Shown here: positions 46,215 to 56,230 of the stretch, in pieces | Layout: each line of letters starts with the position of its first letter | Numbering within the stretch: position 1 is the stretch's first letter | Source of the DNA: Escherichia phage vB_EcoS_AKFV33 | Sequence record: NC_017969.1 | Length of the DNA: 64,000 nucleotides | Reading direction: 5' to 3' (one strand) | Translations under genes and position numbers: made by a program | Notes under the pieces: generated by a model | Databases searched by the model: none | Told to the model about the DNA's origin: nothing | The model's input: the letters and a program-made list of their open reading frames with translations, nothing else

Positions 46215-47356
46215 AAGAAATCTCCAAATTCATTACCCAGATCTTTCAGAGTATCAGTAGAGGTTTCGGTGACTTGACCTACACGATATGCTGCACCAAT
46301 CTGGATTTCTTGTGGAGCAGGCTGTAAAGAAGTGGTATCCAACCAGTTCATGATCCACGGAATAGGGTTTTTGGTGATTACTGGTAAATGACTAGGCCAT
46401 TCTACACCGATGTGCATAAATGCATTACGTCCCACAAAATACAGATATTCTTCTAGAAGTTCTGCATTTAAACCAATCAGACTACGACCTTTGAAAATGA
46501 AATGACCCCATTCAATTTCAGTTTTCAGAGTTTTCAGAAGCTGTGCGGGTGCTTTAGCCAATGCTTCATCCACCAGATCTTTGTCAAACTGCTGGAACAT
46601 AATCTGGATGATTGCTTTAGACATCTGAGTGTGTAGAGCTTCATCTTTAGCGATTAGTTGTAGGTTTTTAGCAATACCTTGCAGAATATCGTTCTCTGCT
46701 AATGCAAAGGTACATGCAAAGGATGCGTAAAACTGCATTGCTTCCAGACCGTAGATTGCAAAGTAAGCGTCTAATAGCTTAGCCTGAGTTTCACGTTTAA
46801 CTTCAGGGAACTCAGTTTCTGGATACGTATTGTCGCCACGATGATCGCGTACTGCGATGAAATACTGACCTAACTGATATAGCTCATCAAATAGCTCAAC
46901 AGAATCAGCGATGCGTGCGAATGCTTCCTGGTTTTTGGTTACAGAATCAATAAATTCTGCTGGATCAGTCAGCACATTACGAATAATATTGCTATAAGCA
47001 CGACTATGCAGATCTTCAAAATAGCTCCACTGCTTGAGCATACCTTCCAATTCTGGGCGACTTACAAGTGGCATAATAGCTGCTTCAGGGGCACGACTGA
47101 TAAAGGAGTCAGTTTGAGTTTGCCATGCTAAGTTCAGGAGTGTAATTTCCTGAATTTCACGCGGGAGATTACCCCACTGCTTTTTATCAGCTTCAAGACT
47201 AATTTCAGTTTCAGTCCAGAACTGGGAACGCTGCAACAGAGCTAATCGCTCTAGTTCGGGGTGTGCCACACGCACATAATCTGCGATACCCAAAGAATCA
47301 CCTAGGAAAAGATCAGCGTTAGTATGGTCCCATTCTAAGTTAAGTAAAGTAGTCAT
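46211..47356 (-). CDS. nrdB: ribonucleotide reductase class Ia beta subunit
   Basis: 381 aa; di-iron ligand motifs, C-terminal tail. Confidence 0.85.
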   Translation of the reverse strand: MTTLLNLEWDHTNADLFLGDSLGIADYVRVAHPELERLALLQRSQFWTETEISLEADKKQWGNLPREIQEITLLNLAWQTQTDSFISRAPEAAIMPLVSRPELEGMLKQWSYFEDLHSRAYSNIIRNVLTDPAEFIDSVTKNQEAFARIADSVELFDELYQLGQYFIAVRDHRGDNTYPETEFPEVKRETQAKLLDAYFAIYGLEAMQFYASFACTFALAENDILQGIAKNLQLIAKDEALHTQMSKAIIQIMFQQFDKDLVDEALAKAPAQLLKTLKTEIEWGHFIFKGRSLIGLNAELLEEYLYFVGRNAFMHIGVEWPSHLPVITKNPIPWIMNWLDTTSLQPAPQEIQIGAAYRVGQVTETSTDTLKDLGNEFGDFL

Positions 47357-47850
47357 TTAGCTTCTCCGTTGTTTGCAAAGTCCCCATGAAGTTCTAGTAG
47401 TTTGATGTCTCTCCATTCTATAGCTTCTTCTAGGGTTTTAAAAGTTTTTGTGTAAGATTTGCCGTCTTTGCCTATCCTAACCTGAAATGAAGTGCCTTTT
47501 ACACGAATATTTTTCATTCCAAGCTGGTTATCCGCTCTTGCACACGAGTTCATAGAATTTTGAGAACTCGTGGCTTCACGGAGATTATCCCAGGCACAGT
47601 TGGACGGATTAGTATCTTTATGGTCGATTTTTCCTTCTGGTATTTCTCCAGTCATATACAAGAAGGCTAGGCGATGAGCTAAATATTGAACTCCTTCAAC
47701 TTTTATACGAAGATACCCTAATTTATCGTAGGTTCCTGCTTTAGCGTTCCATAAATGCTTTGCTAAAGTTTTTCTTGGGAGCCAGGTAAATTCGCCAGTT
47801 TCAGGGTCATAGGAGATTAGCTCTTTTAATCTACTCTGTGTTAATTTCAT
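47353..47850 (-). CDS. HNH homing endonuclease-like protein between nrdA and nrdB
   Basis: 165 aa; HNH-type motif (YLRIKVEGVQYLAHRLAF..IDHKD..N) plus C-terminal AP2-like region. Confidence 0.7.
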   Translation of the reverse strand: MKLTQSRLKELISYDPETGEFTWLPRKTLAKHLWNAKAGTYDKLGYLRIKVEGVQYLAHRLAFLYMTGEIPEGKIDHKDTNPSNCAWDNLREATSSQNSMNSCARADNQLGMKNIRVKGTSFQVRIGKDGKSYTKTFKTLEEAIEWRDIKLLELHGDFANNGEAK

Positions 47851-47896
47851 ATAGATATTATAGCAAATCTGGTAGCGATTAGCAAGTAAAATTTCA

Positions 47897-47930
47897 AAGA
47901 AAAAGGAGACCCGAAGATCTCCTTGTTTTT
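47897..47930 (-). terminator. bidirectional terminator hairpin
   Basis: AGGAGA/TCTCCT stem flanked by A-run and T-run, downstream of nrdA. Confidence 0.45.
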
Positions 47931-47931
47931 A

Positions 47932-50262
47932 TTAAATAGTACAACCACCGGATGCACAACCGGCTGCTTCTTCTCCAGCACCTCCACCATTTGCGGTATT
48001 GAAGTTAGCGTAATACCAAGTTTTCCACCCATACTTAACAGCAGTCATGAAATCACGAACTACTACTGGGCCAGGAATGATTTCATTCTCAAACTTGGTG
48101 TAGTCATAGTACATATTCGTACTGATAGACTGACTGAAGAATTTCTGCATAGTTGCTACCCATTTGATCCACTCGATACGATCTACATCATAAGCCAGTT
48201 TATAGCTCATTAACGTTTCCCAATCGGTTGCACCTGGAGCAATTGCAATTACTTTATTTACTGCACTACCTTTAATAGATACAATCTTACGAGGCGGTTC
48301 GATAGAGTTAGTAACTCCTAGCAGAACAGAAGAACTTTCTCCTGGCATCTGAGCAGTCAGAACAGAGTTACGCATACCATATTTCAGAATATCTGCACGC
48401 AGAGACTCCCAATCCATTTCTAGACCTACGGATACCAGTTCATCAACAGTTTTCTTGTACGTGTCGATTACCAGAATTCCTTTAGATGGTTTAGTGCGAT
48501 CAAACCACTCGCATGCACCCTGTTCTTTAGCTAGGCGTACAGAGGCTTTATGCAGGAAGTAAGACAGTTTTTCAGCCTCACGGTGAATCCAGTTACGGGC
48601 TTCAATACCTTCATAAGCCAGACCTTCTGCTGCCATTGCACCTGCTGCGTTCATTAGTCCAATACCAACATTACGACGTTTCTTAGCCGTATATTCCATA
48701 GTTGGGAACGGATAATCCTGAATTTCAATAATTGTATCAACGAATTTCAGAAGGATGTAGCAAGTTTTTTCCCACTCAGCCAGAGATTCCATGCGCCCAA
48801 GTACAACACCACCTAAGTTACACAGAGATACTTCACCAATATCCTCCGGCTTCATTTGATCAAGCTGCTCTTTTGTCTTATACAGCTCTGTGATATGATG
48901 GAACGGGCGTGTAGGCTGAGTAATTTCAACACAAAGGTTTGTCATACGGATCGGATCAAGGAAGTTACCGTGACGATTAGATTCCCCGATGTGATGAGCA
49001 TACATACGTCCTGTTTCCATTCGGATACGTAGCCAAGTATCTAGGATTTCTTTTGCAGAGACTTTAGGAGCTGCAGGAACTGTTTTTCCTTCGTGGTCGA
49101 TCTTTGTAAGAGATGCCACACGTTTCTCCGCTGCCACGTAGATTTCTTCAAATTTAGCCTCGTCATCACTATAAAACGCTTCATGAACTTCTGGAGCATA
49201 GAAGTATGACATTAGCGTAATATCTTCGTTTTTAAGATAACGTTTTAACAAAAGATTGTTAAAGCTCAGAGAATAATCCATCTTATCGATTTTATTCTCA
49301 TCTGTAGCACGTTGTTGCTTAACCTGCATCAATTGAATGATTTCAGGGTCGAAGTATGGATAAGACACTGTAGCAGAACCACCACGAGTTTGCTGAGTAT
49401 TGGCCTTTACTGAGCGGTCAATGTGTCGATAATATGGTAGTTTTCCGGAATGCGGGAATGCCCCATTTCGCACCGGATCAGCAATTGATCGGCTTTCAAG
49501 ATGATACCCGATTCCCGCTCTGGCTGCGACCATTTTGAAGACGATGTGCTCGGCGGTGTCGATTGAATCCAACGTGTCAGTGGAATCCACGAGGCAGCAA
49601 CTAGCAAATCCACGGTCACTAGAGCGCAGACCAACCAGTGGCGGCGTAGGAACGTTGATTTTGTGGAGTGACATTGCGTTGTAGAGGTCGATTGCATCTA
49701 GAATTGTCCAGTTAGGTTGAGATAACATCGCCATTGCCATACCCATGTAGGCAAACTGCGGAGTTTCATAAATTTCACCAGTGGCTATGTTACGACGGGA
49801 ATACTTATCAAAGAACTGCTTCAGTCCACCACTAGTAAAAAGACGGTCACGATCATGGTCGATAACCTGATTCAGAGCTTCAAATTGCTCATCGGTAATC
49901 CATGCACTCATGTCTTCCCATGCACCTACGCTAACCATGTGGTCATGGAAGAAGCGCAGAGAAGGCGGTTCGAAGGAATCATAAAGGCGTTTACGCATTT
50001 GCGCAAGACGTAATTCCTTTGCTGGCACATCATATGCTGGATTATCTTTAATAAGACTTTCAGCAGCTTTAATTAATGCATCCATCAGAGTGTCGGAATC
50101 TACAACCCCTTTAGGCAGAGTTTTTTGAGCAGCCATAGTAATGGCTGACCAACTTACATCAACTGTTTTGCAACCATACTCTGCCCAACCATTTAGTTTT
50201 TCAGGAGCAAAGTCTTCTACAGTACCGTCACGTTTAATTACTTTTTCAATGCGATGGCTCAT
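47932..50262 (-). CDS. nrdA: ribonucleotide reductase class Ia alpha subunit
   Basis: ATP-cone N-terminus (MSHRIEKVIKRDGT); track ORF extends to 50367 but ATG at 50262 has SD AAAGGAAAG. Confidence 0.85.
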   Translation of the reverse strand: MSHRIEKVIKRDGTVEDFAPEKLNGWAEYGCKTVDVSWSAITMAAQKTLPKGVVDSDTLMDALIKAAESLIKDNPAYDVPAKELRLAQMRKRLYDSFEPPSLRFFHDHMVSVGAWEDMSAWITDEQFEALNQVIDHDRDRLFTSGGLKQFFDKYSRRNIATGEIYETPQFAYMGMAMAMLSQPNWTILDAIDLYNAMSLHKINVPTPPLVGLRSSDRGFASCCLVDSTDTLDSIDTAEHIVFKMVAARAGIGYHLESRSIADPVRNGAFPHSGKLPYYRHIDRSVKANTQQTRGGSATVSYPYFDPEIIQLMQVKQQRATDENKIDKMDYSLSFNNLLLKRYLKNEDITLMSYFYAPEVHEAFYSDDEAKFEEIYVAAEKRVASLTKIDHEGKTVPAAPKVSAKEILDTWLRIRMETGRMYAHHIGESNRHGNFLDPIRMTNLCVEITQPTRPFHHITELYKTKEQLDQMKPEDIGEVSLCNLGGVVLGRMESLAEWEKTCYILLKFVDTIIEIQDYPFPTMEYTAKKRRNVGIGLMNAAGAMAAEGLAYEGIEARNWIHREAEKLSYFLHKASVRLAKEQGACEWFDRTKPSKGILVIDTYKKTVDELVSVGLEMDWESLRADILKYGMRNSVLTAQMPGESSSVLLGVTNSIEPPRKIVSIKGSAVNKVIAIAPGATDWETLMSYKLAYDVDRIEWIKWVATMQKFFSQSISTNMYYDYTKFENEIIPGPVVVRDFMTAVKYGWKTWYYANFNTANGGGAGEEAAGCASGGCTI

Positions 50263-50404
50263 TTGGCTTTCCTTTTTATAGTTATCAGGATTTAAGGAAT
50301 ATTCTACTTTATTATCGGTCATTAGGCAAATAAAATTTTCTGATAGAAAAGGCCCGAGTATTTTCATACCCAGGCCCTGTATATTACCAGTCTAGCTTTT
50401 TAGC

Positions 50405-50626
50405 TTATTCAATTACTTTAGCTCTAGCTACTTCTTTTAATAGAATATCTATGGAGGTGCTCAGCTCGTTATAATTGAATGGTTTATTTGGATTTGAGGT
50501 TACAATTTTCCACGCTAGGGTTGTCTTAGGACTTTCTTCCCCTTCCTTACGTGTAATCATATTAGCAGCACTCAGTGAAGTACGATGTATTTTAGTTTTA
50601 CGGCTCAGATGAACGACGTTTCCCAT
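50405..50626 (-). CDS. hypothetical protein
   Basis: track ORF trimmed to ATG abutting phoH stop. Confidence 0.4.
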   Translation of the reverse strand: MGNVVHLSRKTKIHRTSLSAANMITRKEGEESPKTTLAWKIVTSNPNKPFNYNELSTSIDILLKEVARAKVIE

Positions 50627-50627
50627 A

Positions 50628-51380
50628 TTACACCTTCCCCATGTCTTTAAAGATGTCATAGAATGCTTTAGACTCAACAGAACGAACGTTATCAATCAAT
50701 TCGATCATTGAGAATGGGGCATTTTCGTATTTCTCATAGACTTCCATAAGGAGTGCTAGACCTGAGTCACCTTTAATGTCTTTCTGAGCTATATCTCCGC
50801 AGATAATTAAACGGCAGTCTTGTCCTACACGAGTTAGAAGACAAATCATTGCCTCAACGGAAATATTCTGAGCTTCATCGACAATTACATAGGAGTTGTT
50901 GAAAGTTCTGCCACGAGCATGTTCGACAGCCAAAAATTTAATTTTCTGACGTTCGACATATCCCTTATAGGCATGATCGCCGATGGCCCATTTCATACCA
51001 TCAGCTATTGGCTCCAACCAAGGCTCTAGCTTTTCTGCTAGATCACCAGGAAGCATACCAAGAGACTTACCTAGAGGTTCATTAGGACGTACGAGGATAA
51101 CTTGCTCAATATCTGAGTGAATGTCTACGAGTTCCTGAGCTGCAAGAACGGACGGAATAAAGGTTTTACCAGTACCTGGCTCACCGATACCCACAGTCAC
51201 TGTGTTGTTCTTGATCATATTGATATATGATTTTTGCTCGCGGTTTTTACCTACTAGGGATTTAGCAACTGGGTTAGCGTAATCATTAGAAAAATCAGCC
51301 TGAATTACGTTATTCTCATACTTGTTGCCACGCTTTCTTGAACCATTGCGGTTCTCTCTTTTTTGACGTGCTTTTCCCAT
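50628..51380 (-). CDS. phoH: PhoH-like ATPase
   Basis: Walker A GEPGTGKTF; ATG at 51380 has SD AGGAG upstream (track starts at a GTG). Confidence 0.8.
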   Translation of the reverse strand: MGKARQKRENRNGSRKRGNKYENNVIQADFSNDYANPVAKSLVGKNREQKSYINMIKNNTVTVGIGEPGTGKTFIPSVLAAQELVDIHSDIEQVILVRPNEPLGKSLGMLPGDLAEKLEPWLEPIADGMKWAIGDHAYKGYVERQKIKFLAVEHARGRTFNNSYVIVDEAQNISVEAMICLLTRVGQDCRLIICGDIAQKDIKGDSGLALLMEVYEKYENAPFSMIELIDNVRSVESKAFYDIFKDMGKV

Positions 51381-51682
51381 AAATAACACTCCTATAGTGT
51401 ACTTCGCTAACAGAGGATCAACAAAAAGATCTTGTTTATCAACTTACAAATATATTATACCAATATATACAGTAAAAAGCAACTACAATTTTAAATAAGC
51501 CTATGATATTGCATTTAAATAAAAAATTTGCTTGCTTTTAACGTGAGATGTGTGATACTAGATAATCATTTTATATCGCGTACACGAGTGCGTGATTATA
51601 CAATCTTTAATAGAAATTGGCAAATAAAATTTTTTCAAAAATTGATTAAAGTCAAGTTATTTAAGAATGCTAAAAAATTTTA

Positions 51683-51712
51683 TTGACATAGTGGTATTTT
51701 TATATTATACTA
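51683..51712 (+). promoter_or_regulatory. sigma70 promoter (-35 TTGACA) for rightward genes
   Basis: consensus TTGACA followed by TATATTATAC, about 25 nt upstream of the SD for gene 51735. Confidence 0.5.
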
Positions 51713-51734
51713 TGTACTAAATAGGAGAAATAAA

Positions 51735-52403
51735 ATGCCAAAGAAATTGAGTACGGAAGAAGTCAATAATAGACTTTTAGATAGAGGAATTGTCTTAGTT
51801 GGGGAGTATATAAATGCTAATACTAAGGCTAGTTTTAGATGTTCAGTGGGGCATGTATGGGAAACAAAACCATCAGTGTTACTTAACATGGGATTTGGAT
51901 GTCCATATTGCAGTGGGAAAGCTAAACTAACTCCTGAAGTAATAAACCAGGAATTAAGTAATAAAGGAATACAAATAGTAGGCAAATATGTAAATAATAG
52001 AACTCCGACCCTTTTTAGGTGTGAAAATGGCCATGAGTGGAATACTACTATTAATGCAGTGAAAAATTTAGACAGTAATTGCCCGATATGTAAAAAAGAA
52101 GGCAGGTCTAAAACAAAACTATATGTTATGTATAGTGAATCTTTAGGTACTAAGATTGGTATCTCTAATAAACCGGGAACTAGATTAGGAAAAATTAGCA
52201 GAAATGCTAATATACCAGATCTTAAATTATTTAAAGTATTTGATATCTTAGATTATACTAAGTGCCGTAAAATTGAGAAAGCAGCACATGAGCATTTTAA
52301 AGAATGGAACTGCTATTATAAGGATTTTGATGGTGCTACAGAGTTTTTTGATATTGAACCAGATACAGCAGTAAAATTTATTGAGGAAAATATTAATGAC
52401 TGA
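51735..52403 (+). CDS. T5orf172-domain protein (GIY-YIG-like superfamily) with N-terminal zinc-ribbon repeats; homing-endonuclease-like
   Basis: 222 aa; repeated FRCSVGHVW..CPYC and FRCENGHEW..CPIC units; call from domain recollection. Confidence 0.55.
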   Translation: MPKKLSTEEVNNRLLDRGIVLVGEYINANTKASFRCSVGHVWETKPSVLLNMGFGCPYCSGKAKLTPEVINQELSNKGIQIVGKYVNNRTPTLFRCENGHEWNTTINAVKNLDSNCPICKKEGRSKTKLYVMYSESLGTKIGISNKPGTRLGKISRNANIPDLKLFKVFDILDYTKCRKIEKAAHEHFKEWNCYYKDFDGATEFFDIEPDTAVKFIEENIND

Positions 52404-54243
52404 AGCTGAATTATTCGATAATATCTATGGTATTACAGATGGCTTTGCAGACTCTACCCTAAAGCATAATAATGCTAATAAACCCTCTGAGCGTTTTCCT
52501 ACTCAGCGGGATATGATTGCAGGTGAACTAAGTAAATTTTTAACCTTGCAAGAAATGCCCGTACAGATCAGGACAGCACACTCAATCGGAGATATTCATT
52601 TCCATGACTTGGATTATTCCCTTTTGGGCATGACTAACTGTTGTCTAGTAGCTCTGGAAGATATGCTAAAAAATGGTATGAAGGTTGGTAATGCTGAAAT
52701 TAGCACTCCAAACTCTATCACTACTGCGGCGGCTATTACTGCTCAGATTATCACTCAGGTTAGCTCCCATCAGTATGGTGGTACTTCTGTAGATCGCCTT
52801 GATGAAGTATTAGCCCCTTATGTTCGTAAATCCTATGACAAAAATCATGCGTTTGCAAAACGTTGGACTAAGGATGAAGCCAAAGCATCAGTAATGGCTA
52901 CGGAGATGACTGAAAAAGAAGTCTATGACGCTTGTCAGGGTTTAGAATATGAAATCAATACCATGTTCAACTCTAATGGTCAGAGTCCATTTATTACCTT
53001 TGGTTTTGGTCTAGGAACTTCCTGGGAAGCACGTCTAGTACAGAAAGCAGTACTGAAAGTACGCATGGATGGTTTAGGTATCAATAAACGTACAGCTATC
53101 TTCCCGAAACTGGTATTTGTACTTCGCGATGGCGTAAATATGAAACCAGGAGATGTTAATTATGACATCAAGAAGTTAGCTATGAAATGTACTGCTGAAC
53201 GTATGTATCCAGATTATATCAGCTATGACAAGGTTGTAGAAGTTACTGGAGACTATAAAGTTTCTATGGGCTGCCGTTCATTCCTAGCTGCTGCAGAAGA
53301 TGGTGAAACTGCTGGCCGTAATAACTTAGGTGTTGTTTCTGTAAACTTGCCTAGAATTGCTATCGAAGCTGAAGGAAATATTGATCTATTCTTTGATTTG
53401 CTTGAGCTACGTGTGGATACAGCGTTAAAAGCATTGGAGTGGAGAGTTGATCGCTTAAAATACATCCAAGCTAAAGCTGCACCCATCCTCTATATGTCAG
53501 GAGCCTTTGGGTTACGCTTGGAGCCTGATGAATATGTATTCGATCATTTCTATAACCGTGCTTCTGTATCTCTAGGGTATATTGGTTGCCATGAAATGCT
53601 ACAGTTCATGTTCGGCAAAGATGTAGACACAATGTCAGAGACCTGCATCAAGTTTGTTCAGCGTGTATTGCAGTACATGCGAGATAGAGTCGATCAGAAG
53701 AAGGAAGAGACTAAGTTAGGTTATAGCCTGTATGCTACACCGTCAGAGTCCCTATGTGATAGGTTTTGCCGTTTAGACCGTGAATATTTCCCAGAGCATG
53801 AAGATATTCTGTCTAAAGGATACTACACTAACTCGCACCACCTTGATGTAGAGCGTAAAGTTGCTCCTAACGTGAAATTTGATTATGAATCTAACTTTAC
53901 GCCTATTGCTTCTGGTGGGTGCATTTCCTATGTAGAACTACCGGATATGAAACGATTCCCAGATGCACTGGAATGGGTTATTAATTATGCTGCTAGTAAG
54001 GTTCATTACTTCGGTATTAATACCCCAGTGGATTCTTGTGGTAAATGTGGATTCTTAGGTGAAACAATAGCATCCGAAGATGGATTCAAGTGCCCTATCT
54101 GTGGTAATCATGACCCCGAAACTCTTGAAGTAACTCGTCGAGTTTGTGGGTATCTTGGAAATCCAGGTGCTCGTCCGTTTAACCCAGGAAAACAACATGA
54201 GGTTATGGGCAGGGTGAAACATCAGGATATTCGAGCTAAGTAA
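52396..54243 (+). CDS. nrdD: anaerobic ribonucleoside-triphosphate reductase (class III)
   Basis: C-terminal glycyl-radical motif RVCGYLG and Cys-rich zinc site; ATG at 52396 with SD GAGG (track starts at a TTG). Confidence 0.85.
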   Translation: MTEAELFDNIYGITDGFADSTLKHNNANKPSERFPTQRDMIAGELSKFLTLQEMPVQIRTAHSIGDIHFHDLDYSLLGMTNCCLVALEDMLKNGMKVGNAEISTPNSITTAAAITAQIITQVSSHQYGGTSVDRLDEVLAPYVRKSYDKNHAFAKRWTKDEAKASVMATEMTEKEVYDACQGLEYEINTMFNSNGQSPFITFGFGLGTSWEARLVQKAVLKVRMDGLGINKRTAIFPKLVFVLRDGVNMKPGDVNYDIKKLAMKCTAERMYPDYISYDKVVEVTGDYKVSMGCRSFLAAAEDGETAGRNNLGVVSVNLPRIAIEAEGNIDLFFDLLELRVDTALKALEWRVDRLKYIQAKAAPILYMSGAFGLRLEPDEYVFDHFYNRASVSLGYIGCHEMLQFMFGKDVDTMSETCIKFVQRVLQYMRDRVDQKKEETKLGYSLYATPSESLCDRFCRLDREYFPEHEDILSKGYYTNSHHLDVERKVAPNVKFDYESNFTPIASGGCISYVELPDMKRFPDALEWVINYAASKVHYFGINTPVDSCGKCGFLGETIASEDGFKCPICGNHDPETLEVTRRVCGYLGNPGARPFNPGKQHEVMGRVKHQDIRAK

Positions 54244-54250
54244 GCTAATC

Positions 54251-54285
54251 AGCCGGGTTGCTAGTCGACCTGGCTTTTATTTTAT
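54251..54285 (+). terminator. rho-independent terminator after nrdD
   Basis: AGCCGGG/CCTGGCT hairpin followed by TTTTATTTTATTT. Confidence 0.5.
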
Positions 54286-54314
54286 TTGCTTTCAGCCAAA
54301 AATTTATATATAAT
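54286..54314 (+). promoter_or_regulatory. sigma70-type early promoter (TTGCTT-n17-TATAAT)
   Basis: A-tract, -35 TTGCTT, -10 TATAAT upstream of gene 54344. Confidence 0.55.
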
Positions 54315-54343
54315 AGATTTATAAATTTGAGGAGGTAGGAATT

Positions 54344-54724
54344 ATGACTTTAAAACCGTATATAGTGGAGTCTACGTGTGGCAGTTTCCACCTGGGTGTG
54401 GATGATATTGCTGAGGCTGTCTTTGCTGCCACAGGTGATTACTCTCATATAGGGGGTGCTGGGTACCCCACCGTTATTGGCGATTGGGTGGAAACAAATC
54501 TAGATGTGTCGCCTTATAACCCGTATTGCTTGTTTGATGAAGACAGAGATGAGGTAAAGTGTAATCTTGAATTTGTGTATAATAGAGTATTAAAAGTATA
54601 CCAACGTAGTCCCGAGGGGTACGAAGATATTACTTGTAGTATTAAACAGTATCTTAAAGATGTATACTCTAGTTTTTCTGACGAAGGCCTAGAAACAGTT
54701 GCAGTGGAGTTTAATAATGACTAA
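54344..54724 (+). CDS. hypothetical protein
   Basis: 126 aa ORF with SD GGAGG. Confidence 0.45.
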   Translation: MTLKPYIVESTCGSFHLGVDDIAEAVFAATGDYSHIGGAGYPTVIGDWVETNLDVSPYNPYCLFDEDRDEVKCNLEFVYNRVLKVYQRSPEGYEDITCSIKQYLKDVYSSFSDEGLETVAVEFNND

Positions 54725-54923
54725 GAATGTGAAACACCTTAAATATCGCTTAATCTATAACGGACGTATGGAAACAGAAGATCTGGCCCAATTAGCTATT
54801 AATTCTAATGAGGTTATGGTGCGTGCGCTAGCAATTGAAAAGTTGCGTGCTTCTTATGAAAATCATGTTATGGAACTAGAGGAGAAACTGTATGGACTTC
54901 TTGAATCAGAGTCTAAAAAGTAA
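54717..54923 (+). CDS. hypothetical protein
   Basis: ATG overlapping upstream stop. Confidence 0.4.
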   Translation: MTKNVKHLKYRLIYNGRMETEDLAQLAINSNEVMVRALAIEKLRASYENHVMELEEKLYGLLESESKK

Positions 54924-55086
54924 TCCAGAAAACATGCTTATTGAGCAATGGAACTTTGGTTATAATGCCGGTATAGCTACTTGTATTGCTAGATTGGATA
55001 TGCTTATTAAGCAAGAAAAGGTACGCCCGGAGGAAGCAATTTTACTCCGAAATATTATCGAAGGATTTAAGCAAGGAATCGTATAG
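54892..55086 (+). CDS. hypothetical protein
   Basis: 64 aa ORF with SD GAGGAG. Confidence 0.4.
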   Translation: MDFLNQSLKSNPENMLIEQWNFGYNAGIATCIARLDMLIKQEKVRPEEAILLRNIIEGFKQGIV

Positions 55087-55904
55087 TGCGTAGATTAATT
55101 ATTATTAGCGGTGCAGGTTTGAGTGTTGAAAGTGGTGTACGAGCTTTTCGTACTGATACTGCTAGTGGTAAAGCACTGTGGGATGATTATGATCTAGAAG
55201 AAGTATGTAATATTCATGCCTTTCGTGGTAATTTTTATCATAAAACCCATATGTTTTACAACAAGCGTCGTGAAGAGCTAAAAACTGTTGAACCCAATCT
55301 TGCACACTTGCGTATTGGTGAATGGTATAAACAATATCCAGGTCAAGTAGTAAACTTGACTACCAACGTTGATGACCTTATTGAGCGTGCTGGCGTTCCA
55401 CATAGTGACATTCTGCACATTCACGGATATTTAAAAGAGGTTGTTGTAGCTGATAGCTACAATAGTAGCAATAAACGGATTATTGATGTAGGGTATAATT
55501 CTATTGATCCAGATGATTATAAATGGGTTAAACCTAATGTTATCTTCTTTGGTGAGGTTGCTCCTGCCTATAAAACAATGTATGAGGTTTTTGATGGTAT
55601 CACCAGTCATGATATGATCATCATTGTTGGGTGCTCTAACCAAGTAATTAACTTCTACTGGGAGCTATTTCCTATTCTGAATCTTACTGCTGCAAAACTT
55701 ATGGTAGTTAACTATTACGATAGTGCAGTAGCTATGGAACCAGGCTATCAGGGCATGACTCGTAGTGAAATGTATCAGTTAGAAGAACGTGGTATTCCTT
55801 ACTGGAGTAAAGGTGCTGTGGATGCCTTTAGTGATCCCGATTTTATTGCTCGTGTGGAAGCTCATCTAGAAGGTAAACCCTATGTCCAACAAAAGCATGT
55901 GTGA
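55086..55904 (+). CDS. Sir2-like NAD-binding protein (sirtuin family) without zinc-ribbon cysteines
   Basis: 272 aa, GTG start; motifs GAGLSVESGVRAFR, TTNVDDLIERAG, HIHG, KPNVIFFGE, IIVGCS. Confidence 0.7.
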   Translation: MRRLIIISGAGLSVESGVRAFRTDTASGKALWDDYDLEEVCNIHAFRGNFYHKTHMFYNKRREELKTVEPNLAHLRIGEWYKQYPGQVVNLTTNVDDLIERAGVPHSDILHIHGYLKEVVVADSYNSSNKRIIDVGYNSIDPDDYKWVKPNVIFFGEVAPAYKTMYEVFDGITSHDMIIIVGCSNQVINFYWELFPILNLTAAKLMVVNYYDSAVAMEPGYQGMTRSEMYQLEERGIPYWSKGAVDAFSDPDFIARVEAHLEGKPYVQQKHV

Positions 55905-56044
55905 TCTTTTAGTGTGGCCGGACGGTAGTTGGTGCTACCGTTTCGAATTTGCTACCGATGATTTCTCATGGAAGAGTGATGATTTCTGTGTTATCTATGA
56001 AGATACAGCAGAATGGAAAGAGTTCCTTATTAAGGAGGGAGAAT

Positions 56045-56230
56045 ATGGTGAAGAAGATTTTTAAGGGTATCTGGAAAGGTCTAGTATGGTTTGTCAACCT
56101 AATCGGTATGATTACCATTTATTCTCTGTTCCTATCTGTTATGTGGGGTAAAGGTGAATTGAAGGTTCCAGTTCCTTTTACTGATGAAGTTAAAGTCTGG
56201 ACGTGGGATGCTACTGGTGGAAATAAGTAA
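56045..56230 (+). CDS. small membrane protein
   Basis: ATG with SD AGGAGGGAG; hydrophobic product MVKKIFKGIWKGLVWFVNLIGMITIYSLF... Confidence 0.35.
   Translation: MVKKIFKGIWKGLVWFVNLIGMITIYSLFLSVMWGKGELKVPVPFTDEVKVWTWDATGGNK

Noticed and set aside
44827-54243. Group I introns or inteins interrupting thyA, nrdA, nrdB or nrdD (as in some T-even phages)
   Set aside because: All four reading frames are continuous and of normal length for the family; the endonuclease genes are free-standing between genes rather than inside them.
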